A stretch of DNA of 62,306 nt, the filler included. It is 4 parts of 4 records of this genome, joined end to end, with 100 filler letters (N's around TTAATTAATTAA, not from the genome) between each part and the next. Parts side by side here need not be neighbours in the genome. Positions count along the whole stretch, not along the records: positions 1 to 20,763 come from SRR31156797_8950; 3 more parts are not named here. One strand, written 5' to 3'. The translations under genes were made by a program, and so were the position numbers. The notes under the pieces were generated by a model. That model was given only the letters and a program-made list of their open reading frames with translations, searched no databases and was not told where the DNA came from. Positions 1-8,539 of this stretch are shown one piece after another (within the stretch, counting starts at the first letter, position 1; each line of letters starts with the position of its first letter).

Positions 1-20
1 CTTCCGCCAGCTGGCGGAAG
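1..20. repeat. Perfect 20-bp GC-rich palindrome (REP-like) at contig edge
   Basis: CTTCCGCCAGCTGGCGGAAG is its own reverse complement; GC-rich within an AT-rich contig. Confidence 0.7.
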
Positions 21-47
21 GCTTGATTTTCAAATTGAGCTAATTAG

Positions 48-65
48 TACTTTTGAGACAGCCTC
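48..65. mobile_element. Probable IS/MITE terminal inverted repeat (IS1182-like), rest of element beyond contig start
   Basis: TACTTTTGAGACAGCCTC resembles, from recall, the GAGGCTGTCTCAAAAG ends of Bacteroidota IS1182-type elements; lies just past the citF stop. Confidence 0.45.
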
Positions 66-82
66 TTCTTTTTATATAAAAA

Positions 83-1636
83 TTATTCCTTTACTTTTCG
101 AACCACATCAATTACAGTTCCATCAACCCATTTGATAGCTGCAATTACTTCATCATCAAAATCAGGCTTTTTCGGTTTACCGCAAATTTCTTCTGCTTCT
201 GCTTGTAACTCTTTTAATGTTTTAATCGGCAGGTTGCTGTCTTTTAATTTTTCTAATAAGTCCTTGCGTTTAGGATTTATAGCTATACCACGCTCGGTTA
301 CAATTACATCAATCAATTCACCGGGTCCGCATAGTGTAGTAACCTCATCTACAATAACAGGAATTCTATCTCGGAATAATGGAATTGGTAGAATTACTGT
401 TTTTCCAAACAGACAGTTTTGCCATCCTCCAATACCATGCAACAGGTATCCATCAGAGTGCGTTACTACGTTAGCATTAAAGTTTACATCAACCTCGGTT
501 GCTCCTAAAATTACGATATCAATGATAGAAGCAAAGTTTCCTTTTCCATGATAATTGTAACTTGTAAATGGGCTTGTATTTACGTGTGTTGGGTTTTCTC
601 TCATTGAACGAACGCCTTCAAGATCAAATGTTTGTCCATCGAGGATGTGCTCAATTAAACCTTCTTCGAACATATCTACAAGATATTGGTTTGATCCACC
701 ACGTGCGAAACGCGCTTTGATGCCTCTTTTACGCATAATTTCACCAAAATAAATACCAATACTCAAAGATGTTCCACCAGCACCTGCCTGAAATGAGAAG
801 CCGTCTTTAATTAAACCTGCTTCATCACAGAATTGGGCTGTCATTTCAGCAATAAGCAAACGGTCCGGGCTTTTTGTTACTTGTGTGGTACCTGAAACAA
901 TCTTTTCTGGTATACCAACCTTGTCAACTTCAACGGTAATATCTACATTATTTCCCTGTATTTGCCATGGAATGCAAGGGAAAGGTACCATATTGTCTGT
1001 TACTACAATCACCTGATCAGCATATTCAGAATCTCCCAAAGCAAATCCTAATAATCCGCATGCTGCTTCTCCGTTAACACCATTTGCATTTCCGAATGGG
1101 TCAGCAGTTGGGGCAGCAATAACTGCAATGTCAATGTGTACATCACCGTCTTGAATAGCCTGGTATCTTCCTCCATGGGAGCGCAATACACCCTGTCCTT
1201 TCATTTTTCCCTGACTGGCAAATTTTCCTAATGGTCCATTCATAGAACCTTCGATATGATGAATTACTCCACTTTCAAGGTATTGAATTAAATGCTCGTG
1301 ACAAGGGAACGATGCCGATGGAAACCATACTAAATCTTTAATGCCCATTTCAGCTGCAATATCAAATATTTGATTAGCTATAATATCACCATTTCTGAAG
1401 TGGTGATGAGTAGAAATGGTCATTCCATCTTTTAACCCGGCCTTTATTAATGCCTCTTTTAATGATTTTACTCTTTTGTCTCCACTTTCCGGATAATCTG
1501 CAACTGATCGTATAGGAGGTGCATATTTTCTTCCTTTAGGTTTGTAATTACCTACACCTTGGTAAGGAATTATTTCTTTTCCGTTTATATGTGTTGGGAT
1601 TTCTCTTCCCGCTGCGTTTTTTACAAATTTTGTCAT
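83..1636 (-). CDS. citF: Citrate lyase alpha subunit / citrate CoA-transferase
   Basis: Motifs GMTISTHHHFRNGD, RSHGGR, FQAGAGG, GIGG, ID(V)IVTERGIAINP; 517 aa; adjacent to citE. Confidence 0.93.
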   Translation of the reverse strand: MTKFVKNAAGREIPTHINGKEIIPYQGVGNYKPKGRKYAPPIRSVADYPESGDKRVKSLKEALIKAGLKDGMTISTHHHFRNGDIIANQIFDIAAEMGIKDLVWFPSASFPCHEHLIQYLESGVIHHIEGSMNGPLGKFASQGKMKGQGVLRSHGGRYQAIQDGDVHIDIAVIAAPTADPFGNANGVNGEAACGLLGFALGDSEYADQVIVVTDNMVPFPCIPWQIQGNNVDITVEVDKVGIPEKIVSGTTQVTKSPDRLLIAEMTAQFCDEAGLIKDGFSFQAGAGGTSLSIGIYFGEIMRKRGIKARFARGGSNQYLVDMFEEGLIEHILDGQTFDLEGVRSMRENPTHVNTSPFTSYNYHGKGNFASIIDIVILGATEVDVNFNANVVTHSDGYLLHGIGGWQNCLFGKTVILPIPLFRDRIPVIVDEVTTLCGPGELIDVIVTERGIAINPKRKDLLEKLKDSNLPIKTLKELQAEAEEICGKPKKPDFDDEVIAAIKWVDGTVIDVVRKVKE

Positions 1637-1665
1637 AGTGATTAGCGTTTTGGCAATACAATAAA

Positions 1666-2883
1666 TTACTCCAGGTTACTGGCTTCCTGCCAGTTTTCGT
1701 CAATAAGTCCCATGCGAACTGCTCTCTCTATTTGTTTAGTGTGACGTTTCACAACCGGTGGGTCAATCATTTTTGTTCCGATTGAGACTACGCCTAAACC
1801 TTTTTTCTCAGCTTTTATGGCAGCATCAACAATTTTCATTGATTTTTCTAATTCTTTTGCTTCAGGAGCAAATCCATCATGTATTACTTTAATTTGACGT
1901 GGATGAATACATCCCATGCCTTCAAAACCAAGTTGTTTTGAAATTTGCACATTTTTAAATAAGGCATCCATATCGCCAACATCTGAGAATACAGAATCAA
2001 TTGGTTGTATACCGGCAGCTTTAGCAGCATTAACTAACCTTGTTCTAGCGTATAAGGATTCTTCTGCACTGTTCGTGCGACGAACACCAATGTCTGCTGT
2101 GTAATCTTCCAAACCAATGGCCATAGCAACTGTATTTTTACTTACAGATGCAATTTCAAAAGCCCTTTCTACACCTAAAGCACTTTCAATGATTGGCATG
2201 TAGTAGATTTCATTTTTTATTTTATGCTGAATCTTTAGTTGATCAATCTCTTCATCAACTTTTAGTAAGTAGTCAGGATCTTCTACCTTAGGTATTAAAA
2301 TAAGATGTACGTTATGAGGAACTACATATGCTAAATCTTCCAAACCTATATCTCCCTGATTGATTCTCACCATGCGTTCTGCTCCATAAAAGTTTACACT
2401 GCGCAATGCATTTCGCACTATAAATCTTGCTTCGTGCTTTTTGGCAGGGGCTACTGCGTCCTCTAGATCTAAAATGATGCCATGTGGGTAATGAATACCA
2501 GCATTTAACATCATCTTAGGATTGTTTCCAGGAAGATAAAGCCTTGATAATCTATCTCTCTCACGGCTTGTTTCGTAGCTACAGTATGGTTTCATTTCTG
2601 GTAAGAATTCAGCTTTTATATCACTGAATTGTTTAACAGCGGCTTCAATTCTGGCAGCAATTACCCAATCAAGAGCACCGGTATCTTCAATTTCCACTAC
2701 ACAATCTTTAATTCCTAATGCAGATAGGGTATCATTGGCTATTTTGTGGATCTGATCGCCAAAAAGTTTATCAACTTTACTTATGAGATTGATCTGAATA
2801 CCACCTGAATTTCGCATTTGAATAGAAACATGACAATCCGATTTTATTTTCGGTCCCTTGTTTCCAGCATATCCTTCGTTCAT
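1666..2883 (-). CDS. citE: Fused citrate lyase acyl-carrier (CitD-like) and citryl-CoA lyase (CitE) protein
   Basis: N-terminal ~85 aa CitD-like (FGDQI...DTGALDWVIAARIEAAV); C-terminal CitE/HpcH motifs (LYLPGN, ILDLEDAV, IPKVE, IIESALG, GCIHPRQI, MIDPPV). Confidence 0.88.
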   Translation of the reverse strand: MNEGYAGNKGPKIKSDCHVSIQMRNSGGIQINLISKVDKLFGDQIHKIANDTLSALGIKDCVVEIEDTGALDWVIAARIEAAVKQFSDIKAEFLPEMKPYCSYETSRERDRLSRLYLPGNNPKMMLNAGIHYPHGIILDLEDAVAPAKKHEARFIVRNALRSVNFYGAERMVRINQGDIGLEDLAYVVPHNVHLILIPKVEDPDYLLKVDEEIDQLKIQHKIKNEIYYMPIIESALGVERAFEIASVSKNTVAMAIGLEDYTADIGVRRTNSAEESLYARTRLVNAAKAAGIQPIDSVFSDVGDMDALFKNVQISKQLGFEGMGCIHPRQIKVIHDGFAPEAKELEKSMKIVDAAIKAEKKGLGVVSIGTKMIDPPVVKRHTKQIERAVRMGLIDENWQEASNLE

Positions 2884-2912
2884 ATATGTATTTTTAGTGA
2901 TTAGAGCGAATA

Positions 2913-2920
2913 CAAATTTA
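2913..2920 (-). promoter_or_regulatory. Bacteroidota -7 promoter element (TAAATTTG) for citDE-citF
   Basis: Matches TAnnTTTG on the minus strand 30 nt upstream of the ATG. Confidence 0.6.
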
Positions 2921-3007
2921 GAAATACCTCTTTATTCTGCAAGTAACATTTTTGGTTTTACGCTTTTATTTAAAGAATGACTTTTTAATTTAAGAAAAGC
3001 TAACTGA

Positions 3008-3060
3008 ACTAAGCGATGGGGAGACTTAAGTGAATTGAGAGTACTAAGAGACTGCGGTGA
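3008..3060. repeat. Degenerate 9-mer array, reverse-complementary to the 3635-3751 array
   Basis: Units ACTAAGCGA, TGGGGAGA, CTTAAGTGA, ATTGAGAGT, ACTAAGAGA, CTGCGGTGA; ACTAAGAGA is the exact reverse complement of TCTCTTAGT. Confidence 0.6.
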
Positions 3061-3144
3061 TTTAAAAAAGAATAAATGAGTAACAGAAGACTTTTAATAA
3101 ACATAATAATTTTGTCTTTTTTAGAATAAAATCAAATTTTCAAT

Positions 3145-3519
3145 CTACCAGAACCAGTTTTCAGGTTTCTGAATCATTTTTACAATCATCCCAATGATGT
3201 TTTCATAATATTCTTGAAGAATTTCATATTTGGTATTATCCAAATATTCACACTGTAGTGCATAATCTAACCAAACCTGGGTTTCTGCTGCTTCACTTTC
3301 ACAATCAGAAAGTTTTGCAATAAATGCCTTAGGATATCTTCTTTTACGAAATGCTTCAGCCAAATTTCCAGAAACAGACCGTGATGATCTCCTTATTTGA
3401 TCTGTTAAGGAATACATTTCTTCCTTTGGAAATGATTTTGTGATTTGAAATATCTCCATTCCTGCACTAAAAGAAAGCTGAAACACCCTGAGGTCTTTGT
3501 GCGTTTTAAGTTTGGACAT
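3145..3519 (-). CDS. Four helix bundle protein (23S rRNA IVP / bAvd-like family)
   Basis: Signature HKDLRVFQ...FPKEEMYSLTDQIRRSSRSVSGNLAEAFRKR...SEAAETQVWL; 124 aa. Confidence 0.93.
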   Translation of the reverse strand: MSKLKTHKDLRVFQLSFSAGMEIFQITKSFPKEEMYSLTDQIRRSSRSVSGNLAEAFRKRRYPKAFIAKLSDCESEAAETQVWLDYALQCEYLDNTKYEILQEYYENIIGMIVKMIQKPENWFW

Positions 3520-3545
3520 AAAATAAGCTGTTGAATTGTTTTAAA

Positions 3546-3553
3546 CAAAAGTA
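3546..3553 (-). promoter_or_regulatory. Bacteroidota -7 promoter element (TACTTTTG) for the four-helix-bundle gene
   Basis: TAnnTTTG consensus ~27 nt upstream of the ATG at 3519. Confidence 0.6.
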
Positions 3554-3634
3554 TGATTTTAAAAAAAAAAATTACTTTTTAAGAAATAATATTTCTCTTA
3601 ATTAAAGTAAAATATCTTAAATCATTCTTTTAAT

Positions 3635-3751
3635 TCTGCTTATTCTCTTAGTTCTCTAAAGTCCCTAAGATCTCTTAAGTCTCCTTCTTCTCTTAGTTCT
3701 CTAAAGTCTCCAAGTTCTCTTAAGTCTCCTTATTCTCTAAGTTATCTAAAG
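3635..3751. repeat. Tandem array of 13 x 9-bp units (consensus TCTCTWARK) with a 45-bp higher-order period
   Basis: TCTGCTTAT TCTCTTAGT TCTCTAAAG TCCCTAAGA TCTCTTAAG TCTCCTTCT TCTCTTAGT TCTCTAAAG TCTCCAAGT TCTCTTAAG TCTCCTTAT TCTCTAAGT TATCTAAAG. Confidence 0.92.
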
Positions 3752-4675
3752 TCACATATTTCCCAAAATCTCAAGTGCAGTCTCTCTGTCTTTAGCTATT
3801 TGCAAGGAGAGTTCTTTTATAGATGGGAATTTTTGTTCTTCACGAATGCGTTTTACAAGCTCAACGCGCACTTCTGAGTCATAAAGATTTTCTGAAAAGT
3901 CAATTAGATGAACCTCAATAGATTGTTCATTTTTATTGTTAATGGTTGGCTTTACTCCGATATTCATCATGGCAGGTATTGCTTTGCCATTTAGATAAGC
4001 TTTACATGCATAAACACCATTTCCGGGAACTAATTTGTAAGGACAAATAATATCAAGATTAGCAGTTGGGAAGCCAATTTTGCGCCCGATTTGTTCTCCT
4101 TTAATTACCTTACCTTTAAGTTGATAAGGGTATCCAAGCATTTTTGAAGCTTCATATACATGACCATGCATAATAGCGTGTCTGATTCGCGTTGAACTAA
4201 CTGCATGGCCTATACGAATCTCATCTAATTTATGGAGTTCAAAATTATGCTGTTTTGATAACGGAATGAGTTTGTCAAATGTCCCTTCACCGTTTTTACC
4301 AAATCGATGATCGTAGCCAAATATGAGATGTTTTATTTTAAGTTTCTTAACTAATATTTGCTCAACAAATTCTTTGTAGCTTAAAGCAGCAAGTTCCTTG
4401 GTGAATTCCAAAATAATGAGATGATCTATGTTGTTTCTTTCAAACAGATCAGTTTTTTCTTCAATGGTATTTAACAGCTTGAATTCTCCAGACCCAATTA
4501 TTTTTTTTGGATGAGGCCAGAATGTCAGAATGACGCTTTGGCTTTTTGTTTCTGCTGCCTTTTTTTTCAATTGATCTAATACATGGAGATGTCCAATGTG
4601 TAATCCATCGAAGGTTCCCATTGTAACTACAGGCTGCTCAATTCTAATATCTTTTATATCTTTGTGTATCTTCAA
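3752..4675 (-). CDS. ribF: Bifunctional riboflavin kinase / FAD synthetase
   Basis: GTFDGLHIGH, GYDHRFG, SSTRIR, GRKIGFPTAN; TTG start; TACTTTTG promoter at 4695-4702. Confidence 0.95.
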   Translation of the reverse strand: MKIHKDIKDIRIEQPVVTMGTFDGLHIGHLHVLDQLKKKAAETKSQSVILTFWPHPKKIIGSGEFKLLNTIEEKTDLFERNNIDHLIILEFTKELAALSYKEFVEQILVKKLKIKHLIFGYDHRFGKNGEGTFDKLIPLSKQHNFELHKLDEIRIGHAVSSTRIRHAIMHGHVYEASKMLGYPYQLKGKVIKGEQIGRKIGFPTANLDIICPYKLVPGNGVYACKAYLNGKAIPAMMNIGVKPTINNKNEQSIEVHLIDFSENLYDSEVRVELVKRIREEQKFPSIKELSLQIAKDRETALEILGNM

Positions 4676-4853
4676 AGGGTCTATAATTTGCGGTCAAAAG
4701 TATAATTTTCAAGCCAATTTCTAGTGAATTGTGAGCTAGAATTTAAATTTGGCATTAAGTTTATTTCTAAATAACTGCAATTTGAACGATTTGTTGATAT
4801 TTTTGTTTCGGTAATTAATCATGAAGAATACAAAATCAAATTATAAATATAAA

Positions 4854-6020
4854 ATGAGAAATTTATTAGTTATCACTTTATTAATCGCGGTTTCGTTACT
4901 AACTGCTTGTAAGGAAGAGCAAAAAGGGCCTGCTATAAAAGGAACAATTTATGGCGCCAATAATGAAACTATCTATTTAATGAATTTATTAGAAAAGAAT
5001 TCGCAACCGGATTCAGTTGCCATTAATGCTAATGGAGATTTTTCTTTTGCTCCTGAGATAGATCAACCTGTTGATTTTGTGTTGTATCTGGATCAACAAA
5101 ATTACATTCGCCTGATAATGTTACCTGGTGATGAGGTTTCAATAACAGCTGATGCTTCAGATTTAGCTGCAAGTTACCAAATTGAAGGTTCTCAGTTGAA
5201 TAAGAGATTGCGTGAAATGATGTTTCATAATTTGGAGAGTACATCAACTATGGATAGTTTAAGCATGGTTTATCAGTCAAATGAAGGAAGTCCTCAAATA
5301 CAACAAATTATTGCTCGATTGCAAAAAGAGAGTCAGATAGTTTTTGAAAATGAACGTCAACATTTAGAGAAATTAATAAAAGCAAATGAATATCCATTAG
5401 TTTCATATGTAGCATTATCGCTTCGATTGGCAAATGAAAATATTTTTGATCCGGTAAATGATTTGAGATATTTTGAAATGGTTGATACTGCTCTATCTGC
5501 GAAATATGAGAATTCAAGAATCAGCAGTTTAATTGGTAATTTTGTACGTACCGTAAAATCTCAAATTGAGCGTCAAAAAACTGCTTCACAAAGATTAGGG
5601 GTTGGGGCTGTTGCTCCGGAAATTGCTCTTCCAAATCCACAGGGTGACACTGTTAAGTTATCTTCTTTAAGAGGGAAATATGTGCTACTTGATTTTTGGG
5701 CATCATGGTGTAAGCCTTGTAGAGTAGAAAGCCCAACTTTAGTGCAAGCATATTGGAAATATAAATATCAGGGTTTTGATATTTACCAGGTTTCATTGGA
5801 TCGTGAAAAAACAGATTGGATGGAAGGTATTCGTGCTGATCGCTTATCATATTGGACACATGTGAGTGATTTGCAATTTTGGCAATCATCTGCTGCTAAA
5901 TTATATAATGTGCGATCAATTCCGGCTAATTTTTTATTGGATCCTGAAGGTAAAATTATTGCAGTAAATTTAAGAGGTCAACAATTGACAAAAAAGCTGG
6001 AAGAGATTTTCACTAAGTAA
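4854..6020 (+). CDS. TlpA/AhpC-TSA thiol-disulfide reductase lipoprotein (DUF4369-type N-terminus)
   Basis: Lipobox LLTAC; C-terminal DFWASWCKPCR thioredoxin motif; second ATG (4854) chosen as start. Confidence 0.88.
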   Translation: MRNLLVITLLIAVSLLTACKEEQKGPAIKGTIYGANNETIYLMNLLEKNSQPDSVAINANGDFSFAPEIDQPVDFVLYLDQQNYIRLIMLPGDEVSITADASDLAASYQIEGSQLNKRLREMMFHNLESTSTMDSLSMVYQSNEGSPQIQQIIARLQKESQIVFENERQHLEKLIKANEYPLVSYVALSLRLANENIFDPVNDLRYFEMVDTALSAKYENSRISSLIGNFVRTVKSQIERQKTASQRLGVGAVAPEIALPNPQGDTVKLSSLRGKYVLLDFWASWCKPCRVESPTLVQAYWKYKYQGFDIYQVSLDREKTDWMEGIRADRLSYWTHVSDLQFWQSSAAKLYNVRSIPANFLLDPEGKIIAVNLRGQQLTKKLEEIFTK

Positions 6021-6028
6021 AAGGATTT

Positions 6029-6769
6029 ATGTCAAAGATATATTTTGCATCAGATATGCATTTAGGCTTTCCTAATAAGGATGAAAGCTTACCTCGAGAG
6101 AAAAAGCTGGTTAGATGGCTTGATTCGATTATTGATGATTGTGATGAGCTATATCTTTTGGGTGATGTATTTGATTTTTGGTTTGAATATAAGCATGTGG
6201 TACCCAGAGGATTTACCCGTTTTCTAGGAAAGTTGGCTGAATTTAACGATAGAGGAATTCCGATTCATTTTTTTACTGGAAATCATGATGTATGGGTATT
6301 TAATTATTTACCCAAAGAAATTGGTGTCAAAGTATATCGAAAGCCTATAACAAGAGAAATTGATGGAACTAAGTTTTTTATTGGACACGGAGATGGATTA
6401 GGTAGCGGTGATTGGTCTTTCAAATTATTGAAACGTATTTTTACGAGTAAAACTTTGCAGTGGCTTTTTGCCCGTATTCATCCCAATTCAGCAGTTGGTT
6501 TTGGTCATAGATGGTCAAACCATAGTAGGTATTCCAAAGGTATTGAGGCTGGAAATTTTAATCCTGATAAAGAGCACCTTGTAAAGTTTATAAGGAGTCA
6601 ACAGCAGATTGAGCACAATGATGTATATATTTTTGGGCATCGACATGTACCGATTCATCATAAATTGGATAATGATACATTATATGTTAACCTGGGTGAT
6701 TGGCTCACACATTTCTCTTATGGAGAATGGGATGGCAAACAGATGCATTTAAAATATTTCGAAAAATAG
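6029..6769 (+). CDS. lpxH: UDP-2,3-diacylglucosamine diphosphatase
   Basis: Metallophosphoesterase motifs SDMHLG, LGDVFDFW, GNHD, HGDG, FGHRH, NLGDW. Confidence 0.88.
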   Translation: MSKIYFASDMHLGFPNKDESLPREKKLVRWLDSIIDDCDELYLLGDVFDFWFEYKHVVPRGFTRFLGKLAEFNDRGIPIHFFTGNHDVWVFNYLPKEIGVKVYRKPITREIDGTKFFIGHGDGLGSGDWSFKLLKRIFTSKTLQWLFARIHPNSAVGFGHRWSNHSRYSKGIEAGNFNPDKEHLVKFIRSQQQIEHNDVYIFGHRHVPIHHKLDNDTLYVNLGDWLTHFSYGEWDGKQMHLKYFEK

Positions 6770-6808
6770 AAAAACGCCCGTCATTTTTATCTAATGACGG
6801 GCGTTTTT
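6770..6808. terminator. Bidirectional intrinsic terminator
   Basis: AAAAACGCCCGTCATT...AATGACGGGCGTTTTT between convergent genes. Confidence 0.85.
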
Positions 6809-6828
6809 GTTACATTATTGCGATGACT

Positions 6829-7557
6829 TTACTCTATAAAAATTTTAGTAGAAAAGTCTTGAATTTCGTTTGAAACCCTCACAAGGAATACTCCACTTAA
6901 ATTATCCGGAAGTTTTATTTCCCCTGAAGACTCAAATACATTTTTATTTATTATTTGCTTACCTGTAATATCTAGCACTTGAATATTATGTTTTCGAAAC
7001 TCATAAGGTAAGTCGATGTATTTTAGGTGGTTATTGTAGGTATATATTTTTGTGTGCTCCCAGATTTTATCTTCTAGTCCAACAGTGACTCCACATTCAG
7101 CAAGAAAGCTATCGATTTCATCAATTGTAAACTGATGCATTTTATAACTTGGACAAATGATGTAAAAATAAGGTGTATAAGGCACATAATATCCGAAAGT
7201 GTCATTTACCACACTATCATCATTTATGATAGAAAATGCAGGAAAACTTCCTCCATATTCGTTAAAGAAGGCATCAATAGCTGTGTCGGGTCTGTAGGAA
7301 GTTTCAATGGACCAGATGTAACCATATGTTCCATTTTGCAGGTGCTCATTCCATGCGTTTTCAAGTGCTGGTACAGAGGTCTGACATGTTCCACAAGTTG
7401 TACTAAAAAAGTCGAGTACAATTGTTTTACCCTGATCTAGTTGTTCGTAAAGATTATAAGTTGTTCCGTCCGTTGCTGTCATTGTGAAATCATTAATTTG
7501 TGATTGTACATTTAGAACAGCAATAACAATTAAGAATGTGAGTAGAATAGTTTTCAT
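6829..7557 (-). CDS. Secreted thioredoxin-like (CxxC) protein with T9SS type A C-terminal domain
   Basis: Signal peptide, LDFFSTTCGTC, C-terminal DITGKQI...LSGVFLVRV...KIFIE pattern. Confidence 0.75.
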   Translation of the reverse strand: MKTILLTFLIVIAVLNVQSQINDFTMTATDGTTYNLYEQLDQGKTIVLDFFSTTCGTCQTSVPALENAWNEHLQNGTYGYIWSIETSYRPDTAIDAFFNEYGGSFPAFSIINDDSVVNDTFGYYVPYTPYFYIICPSYKMHQFTIDEIDSFLAECGVTVGLEDKIWEHTKIYTYNNHLKYIDLPYEFRKHNIQVLDITGKQIINKNVFESSGEIKLPDNLSGVFLVRVSNEIQDFSTKIFIE

Positions 7558-7699
7558 AGCAGAAATAGATTAATTGTAATATGTATATAATTTTACACTA
7601 CATTAAACAAGTTTTTAGCCAAAATGGTTTTATTTGCTGCAATATTTCTATATTATGTTGTAAATTTATTATTTTCACATCCATAACCAACAGTAAGTT

Positions 7700-8533
7700 A
7701 TGCGTTATATTTTATTTATAGTATTATCGATTTTTATTTTCTCTGCGTGTAGTAGTGAAAAAAAGAGTGACCAGCTGAAAAAGAAAGTTCAGGAAGCTGA
7801 ATCAGTGAGTCAGGAACCTGCCTTTACGGAAAGAAATTCTAAAATGGTATATAGAGTACCAACTCCAATTGAGTTTTTTATGTTTTACAAAAATGCTGGT
7901 GGATCTTTTCGAAGTGATGATTTACTCCCTGTAGAGGATGTCAGTAATTATTTATCCAGTAAGGAAAAAGCAATTGCTTTTGGTGTTTATGCCAGTGATC
8001 TGGCTTATAGTGCTGTTTTTGAGCAAAATCAAAGTACCATATCTTATTTCGAGACAGGAAAGAAGCTAGGTGATGATTTGGGATTTACTGAAGGTTACGG
8101 TGAAGATTTAATGAAACGATTTCAGGATAATTTGAATAATGTTGATTCGCTATACAATTTAACAGCAGACTCATATTGGCAGGTTTTCAATTTTCTTGAG
8201 GATCAGGATAAGGTTATTTTGTTGTCCTATATTACCATAGCCGGATGGGTTGAAAGTCTTTATCAATCATTTAATTCCATAGAAAAATTTGAACAGAATG
8301 AAATTATTCATTCATTAGCTGATCAGCAATATGTAATTGAGAATTTATATGCATTTGTGAGTGAAATACATATAAATAAAGGTGAGAAAGATGATATAAT
8401 TCAAATAGCTGAAGAATTATTGAAAGCATATGAATTGCTTTATGAAAATTCTGAAGAGGTAATTATGACTGAAGAGCAGTTTAATACAATAAAGGAAGTT
8501 GTAGTTCGCAACAGAGAAAAGTTAGTGAAATAG
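7700..8533 (+). CDS. Hypothetical lipoprotein
   Basis: Lipobox FSAC; helical body; 277-aa ORF. Confidence 0.7.
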   Translation: MRYILFIVLSIFIFSACSSEKKSDQLKKKVQEAESVSQEPAFTERNSKMVYRVPTPIEFFMFYKNAGGSFRSDDLLPVEDVSNYLSSKEKAIAFGVYASDLAYSAVFEQNQSTISYFETGKKLGDDLGFTEGYGEDLMKRFQDNLNNVDSLYNLTADSYWQVFNFLEDQDKVILLSYITIAGWVESLYQSFNSIEKFEQNEIIHSLADQQYVIENLYAFVSEIHINKGEKDDIIQIAEELLKAYELLYENSEEVIMTEEQFNTIKEVVVRNREKLVK

Positions 8534-8539
8534 AAGAGT

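Noticed and set aside
3635-3751. Repeat array as a CRISPR array or DGR template
   Set aside because: Units are contiguous 9-mers with no unique spacers; there are no cas or reverse transcriptase genes and no TR/VR pair differing at adenines.
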